Below, one piece after another: positions 37,733 through 45,187 of a stretch of 64,000 bases of DNA. How positions within the stretch are numbered: the stretch's first letter is position 1; each line of letters starts with the position of its first letter. The translations under genes and the position numbers were made by a program. This DNA comes from a virus. Below the pieces are notes generated by a model that had not been told where the DNA came from, did not search any database, and saw nothing but the letters and a program-made list of their open reading frames with translations. The stretch lies in IMG/VR virus record IMGVR_UViG_3300037504_000674, positions 28,753 through 92,752 of that record; one strand, given 5' to 3'.

Positions 37733-37921
37733 GAAATCTCCCTCTATAGACAACAAAAAACGCCCTCGTCGGGAAACTCAACCACAAGGTCACGGTGGCC
37801 AGACAGTGTGGCCGCTTGTGTCTGAATCTCCCGACGAAGGCGCTGTCTCTAAGCACTGCTGCCTCCTCTACTAGGTTTCGCCCCGTGACGAGCGGCGGGC
37901 CCTTGTCTCGCCCACACTCTT

Positions 37922-37949
37922 ATTATACCACGCCCGGCGGCTCTGTCAA
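37922..37949 (-). promoter_or_regulatory. Sigma70-type promoter TTGACA-N16-TATAAT for the replication operon
   Basis: Perfect hexamers, extended TG. Confidence 0.75.
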
Positions 37950-38714
37950 ATCGCCGGGCTCGCTGGCGCAGAACCAGCGCTCCTCCTCCCACGCCGCAAT
38001 GGCATCGGCCAGCTCAATGAGTTCTGCCTCATCGTCAGGGTCTGGCCCGATGTCTGTTAGCTCATCCATCAGCTCCTCGGCCCGCGCCAGGGCCGAGGTG
38101 TACTCTGCATCATTATTTATCTTCACGGCTCCTCCTCTATCACCGTTCTCGATCTCAGGTAAACAGCGCCGCTCGATACCGTCCCAATCATTCGCTAGTT
38201 CCACGAGTGCCGCGCGCGCCACCCGCAGCCTCTCGCGCTGCTCCTCGGTCATTTGCTCCATCGCAGGGCTGCGACGCAGGGTGTGATATGCCTGCTGGCA
38301 TTCCTGCTGATAGTCAGTTATGATGCCAAATGATCCGCACCATAATGGAAAACCTGACGAAAAGTCCAGATGTGCACCTTCCAGATTCGCACCTTCCAGA
38401 TTCGCGCCCTTCAGATTCGCGCCCTTCAGATTCGCACCATCCAGATTCGCGTCTTCTAGATGCGCACCCTTCATATTCGCGCCCTTCAGATTCACGCCCC
38501 TCATATTCGCACCCTCTAGATGCGCACTATTCAAATTTACACCATCCAGATTCGCGTCCGTCAGATGCGCATTCTTCAGATTCACGCCCCCCAGATTCGC
38601 GTTCACCAGATACGCGCGTCTAGGTTTAAAATCTACGCCAAAGCCTCGCCACGCCAGGTGCGGCCCGTACCACTCATGCACCCGCAAATGCGCCGGGATT
38701 TTATACATCGCCAT
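37923..38714 (-). CDS. Pentapeptide repeat protein with C-terminal HigA-like helical segment
   Basis: A(N/H)Lxx repeats (15-bp tandem DNA repeats ~38370-38610); C-terminal I.NDAEY..AL.R.EELM...EL..LADAI.AWE. Confidence 0.8.
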   Translation of the reverse strand: MAMYKIPAHLRVHEWYGPHLAWRGFGVDFKPRRAYLVNANLGGVNLKNAHLTDANLDGVNLNSAHLEGANMRGVNLKGANMKGAHLEDANLDGANLKGANLKGANLEGANLEGAHLDFSSGFPLWCGSFGIITDYQQECQQAYHTLRRSPAMEQMTEEQRERLRVARAALVELANDWDGIERRCLPEIENGDRGGAVKINNDAEYTSALARAEELMDELTDIGPDPDDEAELIELADAIAAWEEERWFCASEPGDLTEPPGVV

Positions 38715-38738
38715 TTCAAACCTCCTCGTATACACAAA

Positions 38739-38972
38739 TTAGTCTATTGTCAGGTCTCCGTCCTCCCAGAACTTCCACAGCACTCTAGTGAGCACGAGCT
38801 GGTGCCTCCACTCCCCGTTCGCGTACTTCTTTATGACAACGTAGATGTCATCAATGACTGGTGACACGATGTAGTAAACACCATTGTGTCGATTGTCTGG
38901 TTGGGGAAACTGCAAACGGTATGTTCGCGCGCTCATTAGCTCGCTAACAAATTCTTCCTCTGTCTGTTGCAC
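38739..38972 (-). CDS. Hypothetical protein
   Basis: Abuts both neighbours. Confidence 0.45.
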   Translation of the reverse strand: MQQTEEEFVSELMSARTYRLQFPQPDNRHNGVYYIVSPVIDDIYVVIKKYANGEWRHQLVLTRVLWKFWEDGDLTID

Positions 38973-39425
38973 CTAATCGCACTCCGCAAAAGTTTTTAGA
39001 TACTTCATAGCCTCTTGCCAATCCTCAAACACTATATCAGCAGCCTCCAACACGAAGGCGTGCTGATGAATGTTGGTTTCGTTCATCACTACAACGGTGT
39101 GCTTGTGCATCAGTGATGCCCAGGCTAGTTCGTACATCGTGCCTATGCTAACCCGGTCATGGCCATGCGTAAGATCGGCAAACACAATATCAGCATTAAG
39201 CACCATAAACTGGTCGCGCTCGAAGATCGCGTGGTTTGTGCTGATGGGATTGCCTGTGTAGCCGTGTGATTTGAACTCCAACTCAGTTCTCAGGTGTTCT
39301 TTTGCGCTCATTGGTGAGAGAACATCATACCCGTAGCCGCGTAGCATACGGCTGGTCTCTTCCAGATGCTTATTCACTTGCTCGTAACTTAGACCGCTGA
39401 TTGGGCCTGCGATGTACACCTTCAC
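38973..39425 (-). CDS. Nucleoside 2-deoxyribosyltransferase-like protein
   Basis: VYIAGP, IFERD, ADIVFAD, SIGT.YELAWA. Confidence 0.8.
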   Translation of the reverse strand: MKVYIAGPISGLSYEQVNKHLEETSRMLRGYGYDVLSPMSAKEHLRTELEFKSHGYTGNPISTNHAIFERDQFMVLNADIVFADLTHGHDRVSIGTMYELAWASLMHKHTVVVMNETNIHQHAFVLEAADIVFEDWQEAMKYLKTFAECD

Positions 39426-39465
39426 GAGTTTGGCCTCCTGTAGTCTAAAACGCTTTGTTAGGTAG

Positions 39466-39927
39466 TTAGGTACCCTTAATCGCTTCCAGGGCCGCAGAGA
39501 GCGTCCCGTGCGCTCTCATAGCATTCTCTGCGTCCTCCCTATCTATCCCATACGCATAGAGCACAAATGCGAGTAAGTTTTCGTCACGTATATGCTCCAT
39601 AGTACAAATGGGGCATTGTTTAGTTGAGATGCTGCCTTCCGCGTAATTCCTAGCCACATCGTATCCGCCAGCGCGTATCTCTTTTGCGTAACGCTGCGCA
39701 TAGTCGTATGGCTGCCGCTCGAAGTATGTTGCTACTTCGTCTACATATTCTTCATCACCAATTTCTAAATCTAAGCGGTAGCCCTCAAGGAATTCATGGC
39801 CCGCTAAGCAATGTAAGAATCCTGCGTCAGATTCTACCAAGTCCCACCCAGATACAACTTCGCCAGAAACAGCGCAGATATAGGATGTTGAGCTACTGTT
39901 GGTTACGTGGGCTAGTTTAGTTTTCAT
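39466..39927 (-). CDS. VTNSSS-motif protein 4 (Cys-rich)
   Basis: MKTKLAHVTNSSSTSYIC; C..GH; CPIC. Confidence 0.75.
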   Translation of the reverse strand: MKTKLAHVTNSSSTSYICAVSGEVVSGWDLVESDAGFLHCLAGHEFLEGYRLDLEIGDEEYVDEVATYFERQPYDYAQRYAKEIRAGGYDVARNYAEGSISTKQCPICTMEHIRDENLLAFVLYAYGIDREDAENAMRAHGTLSAALEAIKGT

Positions 39928-40277
39928 GCGCACCGTCCACCTTTGCCATATCGCTCCTCGATTTCCTTGGATGTTTCGCTTGGATAGTAGTCTGCTTCCC
40001 CAATTTGGACTACATAATCACCTTCTGGGATATGTATTACCTTTGTATCGCCATCATAGAACTCAAAAAACACAGTTGGCCTAAATACCTGATATTCTTC
40101 CATCATGTATATCATCACGGCGACTATGTTTTCATCAGTGATCTTGATAACATCGAGACCCTCGTAGAGCATATCCCCGACAACCACATCACCTGGCTGA
40201 GGCTCATGAACGATATTCCCCACAATCAGGTAGTTCACACTGCTGCTATTTGTTACATGGGCTTGTTTTATTTTCAT
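39924..40277 (-). CDS. VTNSSS-motif protein 3
   Basis: MKIKQAHVTNSSSVNYLI. Confidence 0.75.
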   Translation of the reverse strand: MKIKQAHVTNSSSVNYLIVGNIVHEPQPGDVVVGDMLYEGLDVIKITDENIVAVMIYMMEEYQVFRPTVFFEFYDGDTKVIHIPEGDYVVQIGEADYYPSETSKEIEERYGKGGRCA

Positions 40278-40278
40278 C

Positions 40279-40758
40279 TTAGTGGCACTCCATTTGGTCA
40301 AGGGCGTATTCTTCAATAGCCCTGTTCATCTCGCTAGACAGATAACCACTCATGCCCTCGTCAGATTCCCGGATAAACAGCAAGTTCTTTCCGAGTTCGT
40401 AGAACCATCCCATAATCCATGGGCCAAGATTTATGTCCAGCGTGCTCAGGTAGTCTCCGTACTTTAGCGCATCTCTCCCCACCTCGTAAGATGTGCCTCG
40501 CCCCACGCCGATCTTAGATGCTTTTGCCAGCTCGGCCTGTTTTTCTAGGCGAAAGTACGTCTGACCTCCGTACTCTTCCGAATCAACGATTTCAAATCCA
40601 TCGCTTAGCAATCTCCCCACCTCTTGATGGCGCTTTCTGTACACTCTTATGGTTACATCCATAGTAGATTCGAGTGCAGATTGCACAACCGGGTTGGAAA
40701 GGTCTAGAATATAGCATGTTGAGCTACTATTGGTCACAAAACCTTGTCTAATTTTCAC
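40279..40758 (-). CDS. VTNSSS-motif protein 2
   Basis: GTG start with AGGAGG; MKIRQGFVTNSSSTCYIL. Confidence 0.75.
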   Translation of the reverse strand: MKIRQGFVTNSSSTCYILDLSNPVVQSALESTMDVTIRVYRKRHQEVGRLLSDGFEIVDSEEYGGQTYFRLEKQAELAKASKIGVGRGTSYEVGRDALKYGDYLSTLDINLGPWIMGWFYELGKNLLFIRESDEGMSGYLSSEMNRAIEEYALDQMECH

Positions 40759-41848
40759 TGCGATCCTCCTTTTTACACAGAACAATCTCTGGCTTCAACG
40801 GGCAGCCGCCCATGCACTCGTTCCTATTCTGGCAGGATGGGCAACTTGTCCTCAAATGGTCTCTGAATCGCTTGAACTTGTCGCTCGCCCATGCTTCCTC
40901 GATAGTGTGGTCTCTGAGAGAGACACCATATTCAGCACTTTGATCAAATGAGCATGGTGTCATGATCATATCCGGCGTGATATACGCACTGAACCTGGCT
41001 CCCTCGCAAGTATCCAGGTAGTCCATACGGACGCTACTTGCGAAATTGACAATACCTGGTGTTGAGCAGCTATCAACGCCGATGCTGAAGTTGCCCTGCC
41101 AGTTGCTTACAATGTCGAAGAACTCGTGCACTCGCGGGTCTTCAGCTCTCAGAACCTCAGATTGATCGCCAAGACCAACTGGTTTATGAATCAGGAAAAC
41201 GACCGCATTGATGCGGTTGGTTCCGTCTCCGAAGAAGTTGTTTTTCTTGAGCCTGTCGATGGCTTCGTCGATAGAGCTGTTGCTGAGGACGTAGTGGATG
41301 TTTGTGGTTGCACCAGCGCTAATAAAGGCATCGAGTGCCTTAAGGGTATATTTAGATCGGTACCAGGAAACCGCAACCGCGCCGCAGTACTCAACTGTCA
41401 GGCTCACTTCGTCTTGGGTAAGTTTGAGGCCGGAGGTGGTATAGTTCGGCACGATATCGTTAGCCCTGGTGAGCTTCAGTATATCACCAAACTGCTGGTG
41501 CTTGTTGGGGTCCCCGCGCCCGCCAAGAGCAACCTGCATGACCTTACCGCGAACCTGCCGAATGATTTCCTGATAGTCCAAATAACTCATATCTGGCTGA
41601 TGGACTCCCAGGCCGTCTTGATAGCATTGTACGCCAGCTCTCACGCATAGACCGGACGTACCGTGCTCGCAGCTACCCATGATACCGATGTCTAGCAGAT
41701 TTGGGAAACTGCGCATGAATGGGTCCTCACCAGTTAGAAACGACTCTGAGCGCATATATAACCCATCCTTGGCTCGGAACACTTCCCCGAACCCGAACTC
41801 AGTATCGAAGTACCTTGTAATACCGTGCAATTTTTTACTGTTGATCAC
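40748..41848 (-). CDS. Radical SAM/SPASM domain protein with expanded cluster motif
   Basis: CX7CX6C-YQ; ALGGRGDP; NYTTSG; SPASM C...PCSF...CxxCxxxxxCxGGCP. Confidence 0.9.
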   Translation of the reverse strand: MINSKKLHGITRYFDTEFGFGEVFRAKDGLYMRSESFLTGEDPFMRSFPNLLDIGIMGSCEHGTSGLCVRAGVQCYQDGLGVHQPDMSYLDYQEIIRQVRGKVMQVALGGRGDPNKHQQFGDILKLTRANDIVPNYTTSGLKLTQDEVSLTVEYCGAVAVSWYRSKYTLKALDAFISAGATTNIHYVLSNSSIDEAIDRLKKNNFFGDGTNRINAVVFLIHKPVGLGDQSEVLRAEDPRVHEFFDIVSNWQGNFSIGVDSCSTPGIVNFASSVRMDYLDTCEGARFSAYITPDMIMTPCSFDQSAEYGVSLRDHTIEEAWASDKFKRFRDHLRTSCPSCQNRNECMGGCPLKPEIVLCKKEDRSEN

Positions 41849-42387
41849 TTTTTCACCTCCGTTATCAACATGGACGGGAGAATAATCTGCTCGATGGTTT
41901 TAACATCTGAGATTTCGAGGATAACAAACTCCATTTGATCTGACGGCCCAAGATACTGGCACTCGAAAATCGTATCACAATAAGGGCACCGGAAATCATT
42001 CAGATCATCTAGATCGTATTCAGTTGAGAATATACCAGATAGTTCAGATTCGCTCTCGCAAACCGGGCATTGTATCCTCACCTGAGCTGGCGTATACTGG
42101 TCGTACCAGTATCTAAGCAAGTCTACAATATAAACCTCCCCAACTTCGTGAGTCTGTGCTTCTGCGATCAGATTGGCTTTGCGGATTTCTGAATATAGTC
42201 TCATCCGGTCTATAGTTGTCTTAAATGTGCCATCAGATATGAGTCTTTTGATATCACCCCACTCGTAATCACAGAATTTCTTGATGTAACCATCAAGAAG
42301 ATTTCTCTCCTCTGGCGTCAGGGCTTCTTTTGACAAAACGAAACTACTTGAACTTGAGTTTGTAACGTGACCATGCCTGCACTTCAT
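41845..42387 (-). CDS. VTNSSS-motif protein 1 (zinc ribbon)
   Basis: MKCRHGHVTNSSSSSFVL; CPVC...CPYC. Confidence 0.75.
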   Translation of the reverse strand: MKCRHGHVTNSSSSSFVLSKEALTPEERNLLDGYIKKFCDYEWGDIKRLISDGTFKTTIDRMRLYSEIRKANLIAEAQTHEVGEVYIVDLLRYWYDQYTPAQVRIQCPVCESESELSGIFSTEYDLDDLNDFRCPYCDTIFECQYLGPSDQMEFVILEISDVKTIEQIILPSMLITEVKK

Positions 42388-42464
42388 AATCAAAAATCCT
42401 TTCGCGCCCTAAACCACCGGCTGTTCGGTAGAGGAGGGCGCATAACTGTGTTGATTTCCATGCT

Positions 42465-42752
42465 TCACGCCGATTTGATAGTGGTTTTGTAGATACCCCA
42501 ATCTACTTGGTCGGGGAGGTAATTTCTTCTTCGCCAGTTGAGGTACGACTCGGACATGCTTCCGAGTTTGTAAGCCTCACCGCTGGTTGTCATCACGATA
42601 TTGCTGGCATACGAGGTGATTGAGCCAGTGCAAATACGAACGCCGTCATGGTACTCTGGGTGATTGTAGACATTACCACACACAACGTGAAACCTAAAGT
42701 TTCCCTGCAAATCGTCTTGTTGCATTATAGACCACTGATCAATTATAACCAT
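42465..42752 (-). CDS. Hypothetical phage protein
   Basis: G.VY.HP...DG..I.T...T.SG..Y.LG pattern; GGAGAGG RBS. Confidence 0.6.
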   Translation of the reverse strand: MVIIDQWSIMQQDDLQGNFRFHVVCGNVYNHPEYHDGVRICTGSITSYASNIVMTTSGEAYKLGSMSESYLNWRRRNYLPDQVDWGIYKTTIKSA

Positions 42753-42813
42753 CTAGCCTCTCCCCTTTTAAGCACAGTCCCCCATCGCTGGGGGCCTGTG
42801 CTCAGCATACTTA

Positions 42814-43191
42814 CTAAAATGGGATGTCATCATCAAGTTCGTCTTTTGGGCCCTCCTTCTGGCGATTACCGTAGTCGGACAGGGCCTGAAATCCATACGT
42901 ATTAACCTCAAAAGAGGTGCGCGCCTCTCCCGAGTTGGAGGTCCACATGCGCGGGCCTCCAGTGTCCTTATCGAATCTCAGCGTTCCCTCAACAAGCACG
43001 AGGGAGCCCTTCCTGAGCAGGCTGGTGGCGTTCTCGGCCTGCTTACCCCAGACGGACACCTTCACCCACATCGTTTCCTGACCGTATGAGTTCACAGCCA
43101 GATTCAGCGATGTTACCGGCTTACCATCAGGGAGAAAGCGCATTTCCGGGTCGCGCCCAAGTCTTCCAACAAGCGTGATTTTTTGATACAT
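42814..43191 (-). CDS. ssb: Single-stranded DNA-binding protein
   Basis: LVGRLGRDPEMR, VWGKQAE, LRKGSLVLVEG, C-terminal DDDIPF. Confidence 0.95.
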   Translation of the reverse strand: MYQKITLVGRLGRDPEMRFLPDGKPVTSLNLAVNSYGQETMWVKVSVWGKQAENATSLLRKGSLVLVEGTLRFDKDTGGPRMWTSNSGEARTSFEVNTYGFQALSDYGNRQKEGPKDELDDDIPF

Positions 43192-43224
43192 ATTTCCTCC
43201 TGTGCGGTAGCGTATACTTACATT

Positions 43225-43252
43225 ATTGTAGCACAGGTGCTTATTAAGTCAA
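43225..43252 (-). promoter_or_regulatory. Sigma70-type promoter TTGACT-N16-TACAAT upstream of ssb and the rSAM module
   Basis: Near-consensus, extended TG. Confidence 0.65.
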
Positions 43253-43253
43253 G

Positions 43254-43326
43254 TCTGGAGGGCCGGACTCGAACCGGCGATCTCCGAGTCCCAAACCCGG
43301 CGCTGTACCAGCTCAGCTACCCCCAG
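43254..43326 (-). tRNA. tRNA-Pro(TGG)
   Basis: Cloverleaf; CCGGG-TT TGG GA-CTCGG. Confidence 0.9.
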
Positions 43327-43330
43327 ATAG

Positions 43331-43401
43331 AGGGATGCCTGGGATTTGAACCCAGTCTGTCGGTGCCACAAACCGATGTGCTACCGCTACACCAGCATCC
43401 C
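43331..43401 (-). tRNA. tRNA-His(GTG)
   Basis: TCGGT-TT GTG GC-ACCGA; no encoded G-1. Confidence 0.85.
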
Positions 43402-43405
43402 GCAA

Positions 43406-43478
43406 TACCCTCGCCAGGACTCGAACCTGGATTGACGGTTTAGGAAACCGTCGCTCTGTCCTATTGAGCTACGAGGGC
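43406..43478 (-). tRNA. tRNA-Arg(CCT)
   Basis: ACGGT-TT CCT AA-ACCGT. Confidence 0.9.
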
Positions 43479-43486
43479 TTCTGGTT

Positions 43487-43699
43487 TCACCAGATGTGCT
43501 CTCTGAAGAGATATTCAACCTCCTCCGGGTGATTCGTGTTTCCGCCAGCCAGCAATCTAATACCATTGCTGGCCTGATCGTCTAGCTCAACTATCTTGAC
43601 TGCGATATCCTTCACAGGCTTGCAGAATCCAACTATGCTCATGAGGATATAGCAGAGTGCTTTCAGGAATTGAATTTCCGACGCGCCTCGTTGTGCCAC
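43487..43699 (-). CDS. Small hypothetical protein within the tRNA array
   Basis: AAGGAGG RBS, GTG start, fills the gap between tRNAs. Confidence 0.55.
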   Translation of the reverse strand: MAQRGASEIQFLKALCYILMSIVGFCKPVKDIAVKIVELDDQASNGIRLLAGGNTNHPEEVEYLFREHIW

Positions 43700-43720
43700 A
43701 TCTACCTCCTTTATGTTCAG

Positions 43721-43793
43721 TAGGAGCGGCGGGATTTGAACCCGCGATATCAGGGTTGAAGGCCCTGCGGCTTGTCCGCTTGCCCACGCTCCC
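43721..43793 (-). tRNA. tRNA-Glu(TTC), atypical C33
   Basis: CAGGG-CC TTC AA-CCCTG; Glu-like D arm. Confidence 0.75.
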
Positions 43794-43797
43794 GCGA

Positions 43798-43870
43798 CAG
43801 GGGGAGTAGGGCTCGAACCTACGACCTTGGGCTTCAAAGGCCCTCGCTCTTCCAATTGAGCTATCCCCCT
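43798..43870 (-). tRNA. tRNA-Gln(TTG)
   Basis: GGGC-CT TTG AA-GCCC; A1-U72, G73. Confidence 0.8.
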
Positions 43871-43872
43871 AG

Positions 43873-43945
43873 TGTTCGGTGCAGGGCTTGAACCTGCGAC
43901 CTCTGGCGTGTAAAACCAGCGCTCTCCCAACTGAGCTAACCGAAC
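43873..43945 (-). tRNA. tRNA-Val(TAC)
   Basis: CTGGT-TT TAC AC-GCCAG. Confidence 0.9.
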
Positions 43946-43949
43946 TAAG

Positions 43950-44031
43950 TGGGGGCGGGAGGACTCGAACCTCCGAAGCTCTCACACCTGATTTACAGTC
44001 AGGCTCCTTTGCCGCTCGGATACACGCCCCC
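43950..44031 (-). tRNA. tRNA-Tyr(GTA)
   Basis: CCTGA-CT GTA AA-TCAGG, long variable region; 5' end uncertain by 2 nt. Confidence 0.85.
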
Positions 44032-44034
44032 AAT

Positions 44035-44107
44035 GGCTGGCGGGAGGACTCGAACCTCCATAGGGCGCCTTACAAGGACGCTGCTTAATCCATTCAGCCA
44101 CGCCAGC
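44035..44107 (-). tRNA. tRNA-Thr(TGT)
   Basis: GCGTC-CT TGT AA-GGCGC. Confidence 0.85.
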
Positions 44108-44110
44108 TTA

Positions 44111-44182
44111 TTCCCGCTCCTGGAATTGAACCAGGCACCCCCGCGTTATCAGCACGGCGCTCTACCGATGAGCTAAGCGGGA
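44111..44182 (-). tRNA. tRNA-Ile(GAT)
   Basis: CCGTG-CT GAT AA-CGCGG. Confidence 0.85.
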
Positions 44183-44187
44183 CAAAG

Positions 44188-44260
44188 TGGATCAGGCAGG
44201 ACTCGAACCTGCAACCCACTCGTTATGAGCAAGTCGCTCTAACCGTTGAGCTACTGATCC
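44188..44260 (-). tRNA. tRNA-Met/Ile2(CAT), elongator type
   Basis: ACTTG-CT CAT AA-CGAGT. Confidence 0.85.
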
Positions 44261-44265
44261 AAAGG

Positions 44266-44350
44266 CGGAGAAGACAGGAATCGAACCTGTAGGGCTGTCA
44301 CACCTGACGCTTTTCAAGAGCGCTTGACTCACCACACTGTCCACTTCTCC
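44266..44350 (-). tRNA. tRNA-Ser(TGA)
   Basis: GCGCT-CT TGA AA-AGCGT, long variable arm, G73. Confidence 0.85.
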
Positions 44351-44354
44351 GTAG

Positions 44355-44426
44355 AGGCAACGGTCGGAATCGAACCGACGAAATGCGCATTTGCAGTGCG
44401 CCGCCTTGCCACTTGGCTACGTCGCC
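44355..44426 (-). tRNA. tRNA-Cys(GCA)
   Basis: GCGCA-CT GCA AA-TGCGC, U73. Confidence 0.9.
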
Positions 44427-44472
44427 AACTTGTGCTTCTTGCATCCACAGGACATTATTCTCATTCAGCTCC

Positions 44473-44694
44473 TCAGTGGTCGTAGTCCGCGTGCTCCGCG
44501 CCGCACTGCGGGTATTCGTACTGGCAATCTGCCAACTCGTCTGGCTCCGGGCACTCGCCGTTTAGATACACCGGGCACGTGCAGCCGCACCCTCCGTCCA
44601 TCCCGATATGAAAACACGGATCGCCCGTGATCATATGGTGAATCGGCCCGATGTTTGTCATATCGTTGATTGGCTCTCCATTGTATTTAAACAT
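44473..44694 (-). CDS. Small Cys/His-rich protein
   Basis: GGAGG RBS; C...GGCGCTCPV...GEC. Confidence 0.55.
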   Translation of the reverse strand: MFKYNGEPINDMTNIGPIHHMITGDPCFHIGMDGGCGCTCPVYLNGECPEPDELADCQYEYPQCGAEHADYDH

Positions 44695-44706
44695 GCTCCC
44701 TCCAAT

Positions 44707-44793
44707 GTAGCGGGTCGCCGTGCCCACCCCCACCGAATTGCCGTCTTTCCGGCTTTCAGTAGGGTGGTACTTAATGCACTTGATGAGCCCTAC
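44707..44793 (-). ncRNA. Unassigned rod-shaped structured RNA in the tRNA array
   Basis: Nested pairings GTAG/CTAC, GTGC/GCAC, CCACCC/GGGTGG, TACTGAA/TTCGGTG, GCCG-GAAAGA-CGGC. Confidence 0.35.
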
Positions 44794-44797
44794 GCAG

Positions 44798-44885
44798 CGG
44801 AGAAGGCGGGAATCGAACCCGCAGGCCTATTACAGACCACTCGTTTAGCAAACGAGCGTGCCGAACCAATATGCACCTCAACTCC
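44798..44885 (-). tRNA. tRNA-Ser(GCT)
   Basis: CTCGT-TT GCT AA-ACGAG, long variable arm; imperfect acceptor stem. Confidence 0.8.
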
Positions 44886-44886
44886 A

Positions 44887-44961
44887 TGGCGGGGATAACG
44901 GGAATCGAACCCGTGTCTTCTGTTCGACAGACAGATATTCTTGCCGCTGAACTATATCCCC
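44887..44961 (-). tRNA. tRNA-Asp(GTC)
   Basis: TCTGT-CT GTC GA-ACAGA; encoded GCCA end. Confidence 0.9.
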
Positions 44962-44962
44962 A

Positions 44963-45033
44963 TGAGCGCAGAGAGACTCGAACTCCCATTTGCTGATTAA
45001 GAGTCAGCTACTCTACCGTTGAGTTATGCGCCC
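44963..45033 (-). tRNA. tRNA-Lys(CTT)
   Basis: GCTGA-CT CTT AA-TCAGC. Confidence 0.88.
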
Positions 45034-45037
45034 GCTG

Positions 45038-45110
45038 TGCCGCCTCTCGGAATCGAACCGAGGACCCCCGGCTCTTCAGGCCGATGCTCTACCAACTGAG
45101 CTAAAGCGGC
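45038..45110 (-). tRNA. tRNA-Phe(GAA)
   Basis: TCGGC-CT GAA GA-GCCGG. Confidence 0.9.
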
Positions 45111-45114
45111 GGAG

Positions 45115-45187
45115 CTCCCAGGGCAGGACTCGAACCTGCACACCTCCGGTTAACAGCCGGACACTCTGCCAATTGAGCTACCTGGGA
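45115..45187 (-). tRNA. tRNA-Asn(GTT)
   Basis: TCCGG-CT GTT AA-CCGGA. Confidence 0.9.

Noticed and set aside
38320-38864. Repetitive + strand ORFs (RFAPS, PSDSR, IQIR repeats)
   Set aside because: Antisense shadows of the pentapeptide repeat
42412-42441. c-di-GMP-I riboswitch-like CCTAAACC...GGTAG hairpin
   Set aside because: Wrong strand relative to the operon and no P1/P2 GNRA part; kept only as a hairpin
43721-43793. Opal suppressor/Sec tRNA reading (CT TCA A) implying a recoded genome
   Set aside because: The 5-bp stem fixes a 7-nt loop with TTC central and the body is Glu-like; TGA, TAG and TAA all end well-formed genes
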